The notes below the pieces were generated by a model. That model was not told the origin of the DNA, did not search any database, and was given only the letters and a program-made list of their open reading frames with translations. A stretch of DNA of 64,000 nucleotides, taken from assembly GCA_036785375.1 (NCBI GenBank), contig JAWMAR010000115.1, positions 4,588,001-4,652,000 of the forward strand. Direction: 5' to 3'. Position numbers and translations under genes: made by a program. Below are positions 63,231 to 64,000 of the stretch, piece by piece; the stretch's first letter is position 1; every line of letters starts with the position of its first letter. This stretch comes from Leucoraja ocellata. Taxonomy: Eukaryota.

Positions 63231-64000
63231 AGCTATTTATCGTCGGGTTACTCCCAAGTAAACCAAATCATACTTAAAAATGATTGTTCATCGTGTGATC
63301 TTGAACGGAACAGGGGCACTAAAAATTTGCAAAGGAAAAGCTGCAGTAAGTTGCTAGTTGGCAAGTGTTGTATTGAGCACAGCCACTTTGAAAATTCTGG
63401 GCCCGGACGATTTGAGAATTAACCGCACACAATTACACGGGGAAGGACAGTTCCTCTGTGGAATCTGCCACTGGAATATTGTCACTGCTGTAATCTGGGA
63501 TTTCCACAACCACATTCAGTCGGTTTGCCTTGACTGAAACGACTCATCTGCACGCCGACCTTTTAATTCTTGACCCACTTCCTTCCTGCTTCTCGGTAGA
63601 GTGGTTTTTAACTAATTTGTTCCTCACTAGTTAGTCAATTAATTGAGCAGGTAATAGAACGGCGAGGACGTTGAACATCCTCAAACAATCTCAGAGGATT
63701 GCCGGAGAAATGGGAAAAATAAAATCCACATTGGCATGGAAACATTAGATTGACCAGGCAACAAATAGGAATGCCCAAATGGGTAAAATGGCAGATGCTG
63801 CTAATGTAGCTTCATTAAGTTTCTACTGGAAATAATGGAGACAAAAATACATTGATAAGGTATCGTGTTGGAAGGAACTTCAAATGCTGCTTTATACCAA
63901 ATATAGACACAAAAGTAACTCGGCGGGACAGGCAGCATCTCTTGGAAGAAGGAATGGGTGACGTTGCGGGTCGACGAAGTCTGGGTCTGAAGAAGGGTCT

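Overview
Repeat-rich vertebrate genomic DNA, most likely from a cartilaginous fish (skate or ray). That assignment is inferred from the repeat content: CR1 LINEs with (TTCTATGT)n tails, tRNA-derived SINEs sharing that tail, and Penelope-derived palindromic repeats. The main host feature is a complete minus-strand gene that the ORF track shows only in fragments. I assembled 15 coding exons by hand (ATG 61609 to TGA 25003, 2964 nt, 987 aa), all with GT-AG introns and matching phases. They encode a type I membrane receptor: signal peptide, eight Ig domains arranged as (V-C2-V-C2)x2, one TM helix and a ~118-aa tail with two ITIMs. It has CD4/LAG-3-family traits but no Lck-binding motif. Two kinds of predicted self-cleaving RNA occur in the repeats: a 143-bp TSD-flanked retroposon whose 5' end is exactly a minimal HDV-like ribozyme (13858-14000), and many Penelope-associated minimal hammerhead motifs. 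Other mobile elements include an intact two-ORF CR1, a DIRS element with recognisable termini and ICR, a deleted class I ERV with a tRNA-Pro PBS, two solo LTRs, a non-autonomous Helitron, and Rex1-, Tx1- and RTE-like fragments. There are two assembly gaps (18817-18946 and 49496-49709). No database searches or folding programs were run; all alignments and folds were done by eye.
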